A DNA stretch of 51,029 nt from Octopus bimaculoides (taxonomy: Eukaryota): positions 94,261,930 to 94,312,958 of the forward strand of contig NC_068984.1 in NCBI RefSeq assembly GCF_001194135.2, given 5' to 3'. The notes below the pieces were generated by a model. It saw only the letters and a program-made list of their open reading frames with translations, was not told the origin of the DNA and ran no database searches. Position 1 is the stretch's first letter. Every line of letters begins with the position of its first letter. The position numbers were made by a program, and so were the translations under genes. Below are positions 36,580-49,937 of this stretch, piece after piece.

Positions 36580-37740
36580 CTGAACTTTCTCCACTGAGTT
36601 CTTATTCAAATGACTATATTTTCAACACATCCCCCTTCACTGCTAATTGGCTCTCCAAGGTAATGGAAAGTATCTACCACTTCAAAAGAGGGCCAGGTTA
36701 ATTTGGGATGGCTTCATTTATAGTTTCCTAGGAAGAATACAAGGAGTTGAGTTGAACTATCTCTTGTAAATTTCTGCTTTGTTGTTGTTTTTAACCATAT
36801 TCCAGAAAGCAAATTTATGAGTTGTACACTTCTTGGTCCAGACTCACTCTAGATCAACACAGTATCCACTTCACAACTGACTATAGTAACAATAAACTGT
36901 CTTTTTTGGACACCATAATCATAGAAAGAGACACAAAAATTTAAATCCATGTCTACTTCAAATCAATATCTACTATTTTCTTTCCGTCATCCAAAGAATG
37001 AAAATAATCCTGAAACCCAAGAGAAACAACTTCAAGAACTTAAAATGATAGTACTTGAAAGACAATACCCAGTCACTTTAAACAATAATGGAATAGAATA
37101 TGTAAAAATGGTTGACATCTAAGAATTATGATTTAAAAAATCCTGACACACTCAATACTTGATCTTATATATCAACACACAATCCAAAAAAACATGGAAG
37201 CATACATCATCCATCAGAAAATCCCACTTTTGATAGAGCACATTTAAAGCATACTACTAAATATGCCAGACATACCTATTACTACTTACCTATTTCAACA
37301 CTACAGGCTATTGCACTTATCAGTCAGCAGTATCCCTGCATACCATGGATCTACATTCTCAAGGAAATGGAGATAGCAATATTTCATATTCAAACTTGGT
37401 ACCATGTCATTGGCAGGTTTAAAGGAACATTTTCCCTTCTGCTCCTATATCTCCACTTAGCTCATTAAACCCTTTCTTATTCTCATTTCATCTTTTCCCT
37501 TCACCTCACTTTCAACTTCTGCTTCACCTCCTCATTCTATTCAACTTACCTTCTACCACTTTCATTGTTTTTCTCTCTGATCACTTCCTGTTCATGTATG
37601 AAGCATCCATGGTCTACATCCCTTATCAGTTGCAATCAGTTTTTTTGACTAAGAAAATGTAAATCATTAATTTGTCTCCTACCAGCTTTACATTGAAGGA
37701 CTCAGCCTGAAATGTTGGATTTTCCACTCTCCACAATAAG
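36580..37740 (+). mobile_element. Old Penelope-like element (RT, endonuclease end, 3' region)
   Basis: LSFLDT; QYLLFSFRHP; LQELKMIVLERQYP; FIFKLGTMSLAGL; decayed hammerhead-like tgaagg..cctgaaa near 37695. Confidence 0.65.
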
Positions 37741-38170
37741 TTCACTGAATTCTTTTCATTGAGTCTACAAATAATACAGATCTTGCCAATGTTGATTAAT
37801 ACCGGTTTCTTTGCTGATTATTGGACCATACATTCATTTGTGCACACACACACAACTGTACATTTGTATTGTGTCCTTACTGCTTCTGGTGAATCAACAG
37901 ATATATATATATATATATATCACCAACATCATTCAACATCTACTTTTCCGTTCTTGCATGTATCAGATGGAATTTGTTGACTGTTTCCAAGTAAAGTAAT
38001 ATTCTCCATGACCAGACTTGTTTTCACAGGAAATTGGAAACAAAGGACACTACAACATTATCGGTCTTTGTTATGTAATGGATATGGTTACAACACAAGC
38101 CATGGTTCACCTGCAACAGCTATGAAAGTAAGACTGTTGCATAACTCTTTTTGTTTTTATATTCTTCGGT

Positions 38171-38370
38171 CATTGCCTCCATGAGGCCCAACACTCAAAA
38201 GGAACTCAGCCACTTTGCCTCTATGAGACCCAACGCTCGAAGGAAACTCAGCCACTCACCTCTGTGAGGCCCAACACTCGAATGAAATTCAACCACTTTG
38301 TCTCCATCAGGCCCAACACTCAAGAGTAACTTAGCTACTTTGCCTCCTTGAGGCCCAATGCTTGAAAGAT
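38171..38370. repeat. 42-bp minisatellite, about 5 units
   Basis: ttgcctccatgaggcccaacactcaaaaggaactcagccact and variants at 42-bp spacing. Confidence 0.9.
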
Positions 38371-38384
38371 GTTCTTTACATGCC

Positions 38385-39065
38385 ACCAGCACGGGTGCAC
38401 AAGGCTTGATGGGTCCTCTCAAGCACAGCACATCACCAAAGGTCTTGGTCACTAGTCATTGCCTCTGTGAGGCTCAAAGATCATGCTTCACCATCTCATC
38501 CCATGCATTCCTGGGTCTTCTTCTACCACAGGTTCCTTCCATAGTTAGAGATTGTCACTTCTTTACACAGCTGTCCTCATCCAAATGCATCACATGACCA
38601 TACCAGCACAGTCATCTCTCTTGCACACATCTGACTCCTCTAATGCCTAACTGTTCTCTCAAGATGCTTACACTTGGTCGAACATGCACACTGACACTGT
38701 GCATCCAGCAAAGCATACAGGCTTCATTTTTCTCAAGCCTACTCATTTCCTTGGCTGTTAGAGCCCATATTTCACTGCCATACAGCATAGCAGTTTGTAC
38801 ACAGGCATCAAACAATCTGCCTTTCACTCTAAGAGAGAGGCCCTTTGTTGCCAGCAGGGGTAGGAGCTCTCTGAACTTTGCCCAGCCTTATCTTATTCTC
38901 ACAGCTACACTCTCAAACCATCCACCTCCACTACTAACCTGGTCACTGAGATAACAGAAGCTACCTACTACCTATAGCTTTCCCCGCTGGCAATTGATGG
39001 AGTCTATTTTCTGCACATTTTCAGTGTTTATTGTACCTGTGCACCTACCACATCAGACGCCATGA
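38385..39065 (-). mobile_element. 5'-truncated RTE LINE
   Basis: KGRLFDACVQTAMLYGSEIW; homologous to 19380-19995. Confidence 0.9.
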
Positions 39066-39123
39066 AGGAGCTAAGGTGCAGGTACAGGAGGTGGTCAAAC
39101 TCTGTGTAAGGAGTAGACAACCA

Positions 39124-39189
<66 letters not shown>

Positions 39190-39398
39190 GAGAGGAAGAA
39201 GAAGGAAGATGATATCTTGATGGGAGGGAGGGACAGAGGTATGTAGGTCTTTTGGTGCAGAAATGAGGCAGAGCTGTGTGGGAGTTTTCAGTATAAGAGA
39301 AGAGATTACCAGTATATAAGAGAATAGATTATGGATATGCAAGAAGGGTTTTCTGATATTGGTGGTGGGGGCATCGCAAACAAGAAATGGCTAGCATT

Positions 39399-40295
39399 GC
39401 CACAGGAAAATCAAAGTAGAAGCAAAGGGCAATAGTAAGGCAAAGAACAATAGAAACACATCAATATTTAAAGGGGTATGGTTCTAGAAGTTATTAGAGA
39501 AAGTAACAAGTTACAGGTTATGAAATTAATTCAACTCAAAAACATTAGCATGTGACAAATACATGTTAAATGAATGAAAAGAATGATGAATGATTAAAAA
39601 CTAGACAAGTTTCTTAGCTTAGTGGCTGGACATTTTGCGTTGTGATCTGATGGTGTCAAATAGCACAGCAAAATAAGAAGGATTGAGAGAAAGCATGTGC
39701 AATGAGATTGTTTAAATAATCTACAGTCGGAATTGGTCAAATAAGTGGCTGGCTTCGCCACAAGAAAATTGAAATAGCAGCAAAGGGCAATAGTGAGGCA
39801 AAGAACAATAGAAACACATGAGTATTTTAAGGGGTACGATTCTGGAAGTTATTAGAGAAAGTAACGAATTACAGGTTATGAAGTTGATTTAACTCAAGAA
39901 TGTTAGCATGTTAGTAATACATATTAAATGAATGAAAAGAATGATGAACATTTAAAAACTAGAGAAGTTTCTTAAGCAATTGGACATTTTGCATCGTGAT
40001 ATGATGGTGTCAAATAGCACAGCAAGATAAGAAGATTTGAGAGGAACCATGTGCGATGAGGTTGTTCATATAAACTACAGCCGGAAGTGGTCAAATAAGT
40101 GGTTGGTTTCACCACAAGAAAATCGAAATAACAGCAAAGGACAATAGTGAAATGGAAGAAAGGGCTAGTTTCACCAGAGGAAAATCAAAATAGCAGCAAA
40201 GGGCAATAGTGAGGCAAAGAACGAAAGAAACACATGAGTATCTAAAGGGGTACAATTCTAGAAGGTAGAGAAAGTAACAAGTTACAGGTTATGAA
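39399..40295. repeat. Tandem array with a unit of about 355-358 bp (two full units plus partial units)
   Basis: Units start near 39399, 39757, 40111 and 40172 with ccacaagaaaat..aaatagcagcaaagggcaatagtgaggcaaagaac. Confidence 0.92.
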
Positions 40296-42773
40296 AAAAC
40301 TTTTATTTACTTCATGTTGTACAAAGACTCAGAACTGTGGGATAGAGAGCTTCAGCATTTATATCACCCTTTCCAAAGATCATGCTTATTCTCATCCTTT
40401 TATCTTCACTGTTAGCATTAGCACTTTATCCCAGATAATTTACTTCATGATGAATATCTGTAGTCATACGCTCTAGTCAGTGGATTTGAGACACCTGCTC
40501 TGATTCATCTATTAAGTATTATGTTCTTTTTTAGAGCATCTGGGAGCTTGCCATTACAAAGTGCATCAATAAAAGCTATGTGAGAAAAATTAGCTGACCA
40601 AATGAAGAGAGCTTGAGAAAAACAGCTTGTTGCTGATATTGTTATTATGGTCATATTTTTAGTGATATATTGGGGAGATTTTTAGAGATATATTGGGGAG
40701 TTAAATTCTTCGATGAAAAAATGAATACGATAACTTACTATTTTATATGTGAAATAATTCTAGCATTAGTTAGGAATACTTTTCCATTGATTATAGACTG
40801 ATGTGAAATAGCATGCATGTGTATACACAATACACTATTTTACATCTACCTGTAACCAGTGAAATATATATTCTGCTTATAAGCTAGTAAGAACTTATAT
40901 ATATATATGAAAATAGGTATCTTCTAAATAAAGTGAGAAACCATTGCATGTGCTTTATATTTCAGATGATGCAATGATCTCACTATCTTATATATTTTTC
41001 CTTAACAATAGAAGTATTGTATGTTTTAATAACAAATGAACAGCTTTAACCAGTCTAATTTACTTAAAACATCAATAAATCAAGCATGACAAATACGATG
41101 AAAGTATAATGTTTAAAAAAAGTAAATTACATATAATATCTAAAACTTCTATTAAAAGCAATTCAAATTAAATATTATGAATACCTGCAACTGGGTTGCT
41201 TTCTTTGCCTTTTAATTTTTAGTTTTGTATTTTTGCTGTTTTAAATTTTATTTCAGTTCTAAATTACAACTTACTTGTTAAAATAAATCTCCTAAAGCAC
41301 GATAGTTGTTTATTTTATTTCATTTTTATTTGTAAAGAATTTTATTTGTTTTTATTACTGGTAATATGACACTTATAAGATACAACAACCTTTATTTATT
41401 TTTATCAGTCTGAGAATGTCTACTGATAAAAATTTGATAGGATGCTTTATTTCAGAATATTTTTAATAAAAAGTGTAATTTTAAACAAAAATGACAACAA
41501 CAACAACGGTGGTGGTGGTGGTAGAATCATGACTTTATAGAAGTGAATAGAACTGCTGTCAAAATTTAACTTATTTTACAGAGATAATAAAAATTTTAGA
41601 GGGTGACACCATTGTTTCCAGTCTAAAAACAGATTCCATATCCTACCACAATATTCAGCTGAGAAACCACTTCTCAAAATGAAATTCTATATGTAGACAA
41701 GGAAAAGCATAACTGTGTAGGCTGACATCTAAGTATAACATGCTACCCTTCTTCCAAGCACATATAACTCAAAGAGAAGATGCTTAAAAATATTTCTAAC
41801 AATTCAGGATATCATTTTACCAGTATTCCAAACAAAGAGAGGATCCTGTTGACACCCTTTCAAAAGGATCAATTTTAAAATGTCCACAGGTTAATTTGGT
41901 GCTAATTTTGTTAGCACCTGGAATGCTCTGTTTTTTGTTGTCTTCTTGACTATTTCTTAAATACAATTAATGGTAATAAAAAATTGAATGAAAGATAACT
42001 AATAGTAAAAATTATGGCTAAATGTTTTTGAAAGGGTACAGTTGATTAAATCAATTCCATACTTGACCAGTACTTATTTTCTGCTATGTCTGAAGTATGG
42101 TACAAGGTAAACTGGTATGCAACACACTTGTAGTGTGACAAGACATCAAATTTCACAGGATTTGAACTCAAAATGAAAAATGACATAACTAAATATCATA
42201 TGCATTTTGTTTGACATTCTATTGATTTTGTTAATTCACCATCACCACCACCAACAACAATAACAATACTAATAAAAATAATTGTTTCTAATACCGGTCT
42301 GGAATTCGGGGAGAGAGGAACAGTTTATAATATCAATCCCAATAATAGACTGGTATTTTATCTTATTGACCCTGGAGGAAAGAAAGACAAAATTGACCTT
42401 GACAAAATTTAAACTTAGTAAATAATAAGCCAGAAGTAATGCTGCAAGGCGTTTTGATTGACGCTTTGACAAATCTGTCAATCCATAACTCTTTGAATAA
42501 TAATTTTTTCTTTATTAGTCACAAGGGCCCAAAGAGACACAGAAAAATATAAAGATATATAGTGAGATAGAGATGTTATACAAAGATGAGAGCAGGAGTG
42601 AAGACATACAAATTTGGACAAATTCTAAATTTATAAAGCACAAAAAGTTATTCAGAAATCAATTTGAAAAAATATGATAAAACACAATATTTAAAAAAGG
42701 GTATTTATTTAAAAATTAAACAACTACTTGTAGTGATCAAGGCACCTAAGTTCCTGATTATGTTTCCATGGGC

Positions 42774-44335
42774 ATGCATACCTCAACTTATGTCATTTTG
42801 AGTTACTGCATTTTTAACTTCATGTTCTTTTTTTCTATCATTTGACAGCAAAAAATAATTAAAAGAAAATTACCTAAAAACCAATACTAAGGAAAATCAA
42901 ATAAAATACATATGAAAATATATACAAATCAGTTATTAAAACAGATAAAAGTTAATAAATTTTTTTAAATGTAGCAGCAGTCAAGTTTTCTGTTACTTTG
43001 CAAAGGTTATTGAAGACAATGATTTTATTCCCCAGCAAATTTTCAGTGTAGATGAAACTGAGCTTTCCTTGAAAAAAGAATGCCAGGAAGCGAAGTCTAT
43101 GTTTGGTTTTAAGGTCTCAAAACATTATCTGATTCTTCTGTTCAGAAGTAATTGCTTGAGAGACTACAAGTTAAAGCCTCTCTTATCTTATCATGCGGTA
43201 AATTGTTCCTAGCCAAAGGCATCACTCCCAGTGACATGGATGTCTTACACTAAGACTCGGGTGACTGTAATAACTTTTGAAGATTGATTTTACAACCATT
43301 TTGCTCCAACATTTGAGCAGTACTGTAAAGAGAAGCAAATTCCATTCAAGGTACTTTTTATTTCAGACACCACTTCTGGCCACCTACAAAATACCTACTC
43401 CCTAAAATTATTTCTCTACTGCAAACTATGGACCAGGCTATCATGTCTAATTTCAGACATTACTACCAAAGGCAAGCATCTAGGCAGGATGTAGCAACAA
43501 CAAAAATGGAGGAAAGTACCACAATTTTTGGAAAACATATGATATTTGCAAGATCATTCTTAATACCAAATTGGTATGGTAGTATGTATCACAAACATGT
43601 ATGAATGCCATTAGAAAGAGATTGTGTCCCCAATTTCAAGAGTCTGACATTTCTAATTTAAACAAAGAATTGGTGGCATTGTCAAAAGAACTGAATATGG
43701 ATTTGGAGGAGAAGGGTTTCAATGCATTACTTAATGCAAACAAAGAACCACTCACAAATGAAGAGTTGATAGAGGTTCATGAACTGCAACAAGAAGAGGC
43801 ACAATACTCAGAACCAGAACTAAAACACTTCAGCATAAACAAAAGCTTGCTGCATTTGGAGAAATCATTAACCATTTTTGAGGAAATGGATCCTAGTGCT
43901 GGGTGCTTTGCTAAAATTATGGGGGGGCTGTTCATAACGCTTATGTCCTGGATGACAAGAAGATATAAAACCATTCTCACAAGTTCTTACTGCATGTTGA
44001 AAGTCAATGGTCTGAAGTAGAAATGTCTGATGATGAACTAATTCCTTCAACTTTAATGAGAATATTGTAATTTATGCTTCTTTTTCAATCTCCGCTTCTG
44101 GCACATCAATATCAAATAAATATTTTTATATATTTTATTTTTCTGTTATTTCTTAGGTTCTTTACAAAATTTTTCTTAAAGTTATCTTTATTTCTTTTTA
44201 TTTAAATGTTTAAAGTATAGTATTTCATAGCTGCCATTATCGCCTTTTTAAAATTTCAATGGACTTTTAACTTTTTTTTTTCAATGTTTTTGTTACATCC
44301 TTTTTGAGTTACCAATGTAAGCTGAGGTGTGCCTA
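42774..44335 (+). mobile_element. Tigger/pogo DNA transposon relic with degenerate TIRs
   Basis: QQIFSVDETE...DYKLKPLL...LQTMDQAIM motifs; left gcatacctcaacttat versus right reverse complement gcacacctcagcttac, followed by TA. Confidence 0.8.
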
Positions 44336-45069
44336 TATTTTTCCTAATAAATTCCTAAATTTTCCATGAGAAGTTCTTGCATTATAGTCAGCAGACAATA
44401 GCCCATCACTGAAATATAGCATTCATAAAATAAATCCCAAAACTGTACTCTGATTATGTTGTTTCTATGCTATTTAGAATGTGATCCCATCTCTTTTTTT
44501 TTTATCTGCATTTTGTTTGGATATTCCTTGTACATATTGTATAAGACTTATTCAAGCTTTGTTTTGTTTGCAAATATCTATGAATTTCCTTTTGGCCAAG
44601 ATCGAGAGTAGTTTAAATTAACAGAACATAAGTTCTTCCTCATGAAAATGTTTTTTCTTCAGCAGAGAGTTTCTATTTCACAAGAGGTGTACTCCACCTC
44701 ACATTTTTTATAATTTTTTTCATTTTTTTGCATTCAGTCATTTTTTTTAAAAAGAAGTCTGCTCATCCCATTTGGCTACCATCTGATCTCCTTTCTCATA
44801 TGTGGATGAGGAGGTGCTGCTATGAGGGGATGCTTCATGACCATTTGCTACAAGTTGTTGCAGATGCCTCTCTTTCTTAACCAGTTATGGGATAGACAGA
44901 GAACTTTTGGCTTTTGTGATTCACTCCTGGTGATGAGGAAAGAGAAATGTAATCTGTCACTTGATAAGTTGTACATTGTGTCACACTAAGTTCAACAACT
45001 TCCATGATTTGTTGATACTCCTTTTGTTAACCAAAACTTTTCTGCATAGAAAGACTTTAGATGAGCTTT

Positions 45070-45530
45070 AACATATTTAACAGCTAAGTCATCTACTTTG
45101 GAGGAAGAGAATACAAATAAAGTTGGAAAAGATACGAAAAGAACTGGAGCATTTAAATAGGATAATGAGAAGGGAACTTAATAATGAGGCAATACTCATT
45201 AAATTGATTGAGCAGTACAGGTTAGAAGAGAGGGGAAAACAAGCAGCACATGATGAATTGTCACAAAGGGCAATGGCATTAAAAACCAAATTGAAGTATT
45301 GGTTGTACTTGAAAAGAGATCAGGATGGAAAAGGCTTAATCATTTGCAGAACAGCACAGAAAAATTATTTAAGAACAAGAAAACATGCTGAACAGATTGA
45401 AGAAAAACCTTTGCATGGTGGGTATTAGAAAGCCACTGAGGATGTATGTGGAAGGAAATCCTAGGCTTAGTTAAAAAAGGGACAATTGAAAAGAGAAACA
45501 GAGTGTTATTATGATGATTCTCTGCTAATG
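45070..45530 (+). mobile_element. R4/Dong-like (RLE) non-LTR retrotransposon fragment, 5' piece
   Basis: LYLKRDQDGKGL, KPLHGGY, G-LKRETE motifs. Confidence 0.7.
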
Positions 45531-47054
45531 TCAACCATGAAGTGAATTTTAAAGTGTGAACTAGAGATAAACTTAATGTTTTGAGAAAATATATCCCCCT
45601 AGCTTTAATAAATAGTTGTGATTTTTCAAACACATTCTGAACCATGCCTTAATGGTAACTAAACATGGCATCATTTATAGGCTGCACTACTCTGTGAATT
45701 ATTTCCATATTTATGAAAGTGTTTTGAAGCATATAAATAGAAAAAAAATTGTTTTTTGATGTTATTTATCAAGTCAGATAGTTTACTAAGAGAGTCAAAT
45801 GAAGTTACATAGTATGATTAATAGCCAATTATTTCTGTTATGTCATGTCATATTTTTATGCAAAAATGTCTTATTGGCTCTCAATGAAAAATATATTTTT
45901 GTTGAATTTTTTCCACAACGGTAGCAAGTGGCTGTCTTCCAAATCCAGGGCTAACTTTTTGTCCAAAGGCTGAAAATATTCATTTATTGTTGAAATTATT
46001 CTTGTCATGTCACATCACAGATTATGTAATGTGATATAATGCCCCTTTAAGTTAATGCAAGAAGAGTAATTGAAACATTTTGAAGGTCACTTCTTTATAT
46101 TTTATTGCATGAAAAGCAAGAAAATGATGGTGTAATCCACCTAAAATTGAGCACTGATTTAATTACAAGTAAGTTAAAGCCTCATACTCTGAGTAGCTGT
46201 AAACACCTCACCACATTAAAATGAACATTAAAATATAAAATTGCTTTTTGGTATTATGGCTAACTTGATTCAGAAATTTCTGTGTGAGAGCCAACTTGGT
46301 CACTATTATCCATGATGGCTTCATTTGTCATATTTATTGCAACTGATAAAATACACATCAGATACTTTTGCCTTTCTCTTCTCCATTTCAGTAAAAACAT
46401 ATTTACTGAATGCAGAATGTTTGGAGGTCTTAATGATATATTTTTTAAGGCATGAAACAGTTCTATCCTCAGGCTCCAGGGGAATTTTTTTCAAATTTCA
46501 GCTTCTATTCAGTGTTCATTTACAAGAACATATGAAAGCATCATGAAATACGAACTACACTATTAAGCGAAATGAACTACTGTGTTAAGTGAAGTACTCT
46601 GGAAACTGACTTTCTTTGTGTTTAGTAACTAGAAAAGTTATTGGTGGTTAATTTTAACCTATAATTTTGTGGGATGTCACTTTGTTCTAACTTCTTGATC
46701 TTGAAATTGCACTTTGTTATGTCACATTACATGAAATTATCACGTCATGCATAATGTTTCTCTGCTGGGTGTTTTGGTTGTCAACATTTTGTCTTAGTGT
46801 TTGCTGAAGTAGTGCTCAAGCTTCCATCTCAACATAAAGTAGTTTTTATTACACCATTGCTCAATTCAGAAAAAATTTCTTATTCATGCAGTATGTCAGG
46901 AAAAAGCTACATCATATCAGGTAAGAAATCTGTCTGAAAATTAAATGCAAAAATATTTTTGAAATACTTTTTTGCTCAAAATATTACTTTTGGGGTATTC
47001 TAATATTAGAAATACAAAGGACATTCAAAATTAGGGTTCCCTCCAAATCTTCAG

Positions 47055-48125
47055 CACATGAAAGAACCAAGCACTACAAATGAGCAGCTTGAGAAAATAT
47101 GTGTATCTTTTATCTTTATTTTTTAATTGTTTTCAGTCATTAGATTGTGGCCATGCTGTGGCACCGCCTTCAAGAATTTTATTCTATTGGTTTCTTTTGC
47201 CGAACTGCTATTTTACAGAGATGTAAACACACCGGCACCAGTTGCTAAGCAGTTGGTAGGAGGAAAAACACAGACACAAAAATACACACACATACCCATA
47301 TATATAATATATATATGTGTGTGTGTGTGTGTGATGGGCTTCTTTCAGTTTCCATCTACAAAATTTACTCACAAGGCTTTGGTCGGCCAAAGGCTATAGT
47401 AAAAGACACTTGCCCAAGGTGCTGAAGAGTGGGACTGAATGTAGAACCACACGGTTGGGAAACAAGCTTTTTACCACACAGCCATGCCTGCACTAGGGAA
47501 AAGGTGTCAGCAAAATGTAGAGCATATGAAATTTGGGATAAAACAACAGTACATATTGTTGCAGAATACTCAAAGATGGCCCAGGGAGAATATAAGAAAT
47601 GGAGACATAGTTATGTTGTGAAAGTTTTACACTGTATCAAAAATGGACATTTGAATCAGGAAGTACATGGCATGGGCACTGGGTAACAGGTAAGAAGATG
47701 GACCATCGCAAGCCAGATATTACAGTAACAGACAAGGAAAACTGAGTTTGCATATTGATTGATCCATCATGTCCATTTGATACTAGAATTGTGAAGAAAG
47801 TTGATGAAAAGCTAAAAAACTAGAATTCCTTAAAATTTGAGTACTTGGAGCACGAAATCTGAAACAATTATATTTGTGATAATTGGTGCCTTAGGGATTG
47901 TAAGAGGTGAAACAGACCAAAGGATAAAGGAGATTGGAATGGAATGTCCTGTAGAGCATCTACAGAAGATTTACCTCTTAGGAACGGGAAAGATCATCAG
48001 AAGAGTTTTGAGCACTTGATGGCTTACTGAAATCATGTGAACATCTAAGGATACAGGTAGTAACCTGGTCTCCATGTAAATTCTATCAGGAATATGACTT
48101 ATCCTAAGATAAGAAGATAATAATA
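47055..48125 (+). mobile_element. R4/Dong-like element 3' piece (CCHC and RLE), interrupted by a SINE
   Basis: KCRAYEIWDKTTVHIVAEYSKMAQGEYKKWRH; RKPDITVTDK..CILID; IIGALG...LQKIYLLGTGKIIRRVLST*; (ata)n tail. Confidence 0.85.
47120..47494 (-). mobile_element. tRNA-derived SINE (same family as 27659-28078)
   Basis: ttttcagtcattagattgtggccatgctg...ctcacaaggctttggtcggcc...gacacttgcccaaggtgc...ttaccacacagccatgcctgcac. Confidence 0.9.
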
Positions 48126-49897
48126 AAAAGTGATACTTTATTTTGTCAACCCCAGACAGATGAAAAGCTAAGTTGATTTTGATAAGATTTGAACTCAGAA
48201 TGATAAGTAACATTCTCAGCAAAATTACACATTGGGAGTATTAAAAGAGATAATAATAACTTTATTTCAATACTATTCAGCCAAAATAATGTAGTCACAC
48301 ATCTTTTTGTTAACTCTGACAAAACTGATCAAAAATTTAATACATGAAAGCTAGGGACTTGATAAAAAAAAATCTCTTAGGAAAAGAAACCCAAAAGAAG
48401 CAGTGAGTTGTGACAGCAATGCTTTATAGATGATGTAACAGTTATGCAGTGTAGATGATGCTGTAACTGGTTCTGAACAGGAAATGTTCAAATAGCAATG
48501 TTAAGCAGGTCAAATTGTGAATGACATTGCATAAGTATGATTATGAGAGTGATGTTGTGGCTGAGATTCAGCACAGATGATGTTGTGGAAATATTTTGCA
48601 GGAGGATACTGTGTAAAGTTATGATTATGAAGATAAAAGTCATTATATCTAGAGTAGTGGCGAGATGAATCAGTAGACTGCTTGACAAAAAAAACTTACA
48701 GTATTTATGTCTATGCATAATTCCTTTTTCTTTTGCGGGTTGATACAATGAAATATTAGTAAAACATCTAGAAGATATGGTTTAATAGTATCGAAAGAAT
48801 GAACTTAAGAATTAATTAAGGTAGTAAAAAAGAATTCTTTAGAACTGTAACTGAATGGTGAAGAAAAGCAAATATGCATTATAACACAGAGAAAATTATT
48901 CCAAGTAGCTAAAACATACTCCATAAATTGCTAATCCAAGATAAGCAGAAGTGAATGAATATGGTAAAATGGATTTTCAAGAAACAAAAACTGAAAGAAT
49001 AGAAGAAACACAAGCAAACAAATGAGATGTAATTCATGATTAAAGAGGTAAACATGAAATTACATAATGTATTAGTGTTCATAGATTTTAAACACCCACT
49101 TGGTCTCAGTTAATCCAAGTTTTTCAACATACTTATACACACATCCACATACACACAATTTCTTTCACCAAATTCCTGGGGCTAGAATAGGAGACACTTA
49201 CCCAAGATGCCAAACAATGAGATTGATTCATGGCTGTGAAACAAACATTTTTTAAATCACACACATACACCTGCATCCTTATTTCAAGAAATCATATAAT
49301 AAAGAATGTTTATAAGATATTTGGGTTAAAATAACTGGAATGTAAATCTGTAAAAGTTGCACCAGGAACATAATGTAGGATATATTTAATGATTAATGGT
49401 GAGAAAAACTGAAACGAATCTGGAATTCCTTGAGTTTTTGAGCTTATAATGTTTGAATAGAAAATACTGAATAATGTCTCTGAAACTGTTTAATGTTATA
49501 CTCAAACATACCACAGAACAACAAAAAGTAAAAATCAATATTCAGTAAGATATTATTTGAAGTGTATTTGCCATCAATCTTCAATATCAAAGCATTTTTT
49601 AACTTGAGGTTAAAATAAAAGTATATAGGAATCCTTTTAGAAATTACATATTTTAAAAAAAGTGTACCTTTATGGTTCCATTCTTAGAAAACTTCATTTC
49701 ACTTTCAAGGAAAAAGTATAAGAGTATTTACCTGAAATAGAATAAGAAATTGTGAAATAATAACAAAATAAAAAAAAAAAACACTATCATTATTTATAAC
49801 TGTTATTATCACAAATTCAGTTTATATCAACAACACAGAACTCTTTCACTAAATCACCAGATAAATTTCCTGTGAGCATAAGGTCAACATATGCTTG

Positions 49898-49934
<37 letters not shown>

Positions 49935-49937
<3 letters not shown>

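Noticed and set aside
38171-40295. Tandem arrays as possible CRISPR-like arrays
   Set aside because: Units are contiguous, with no unique spacers and no cas-like genes; the context is eukaryotic.
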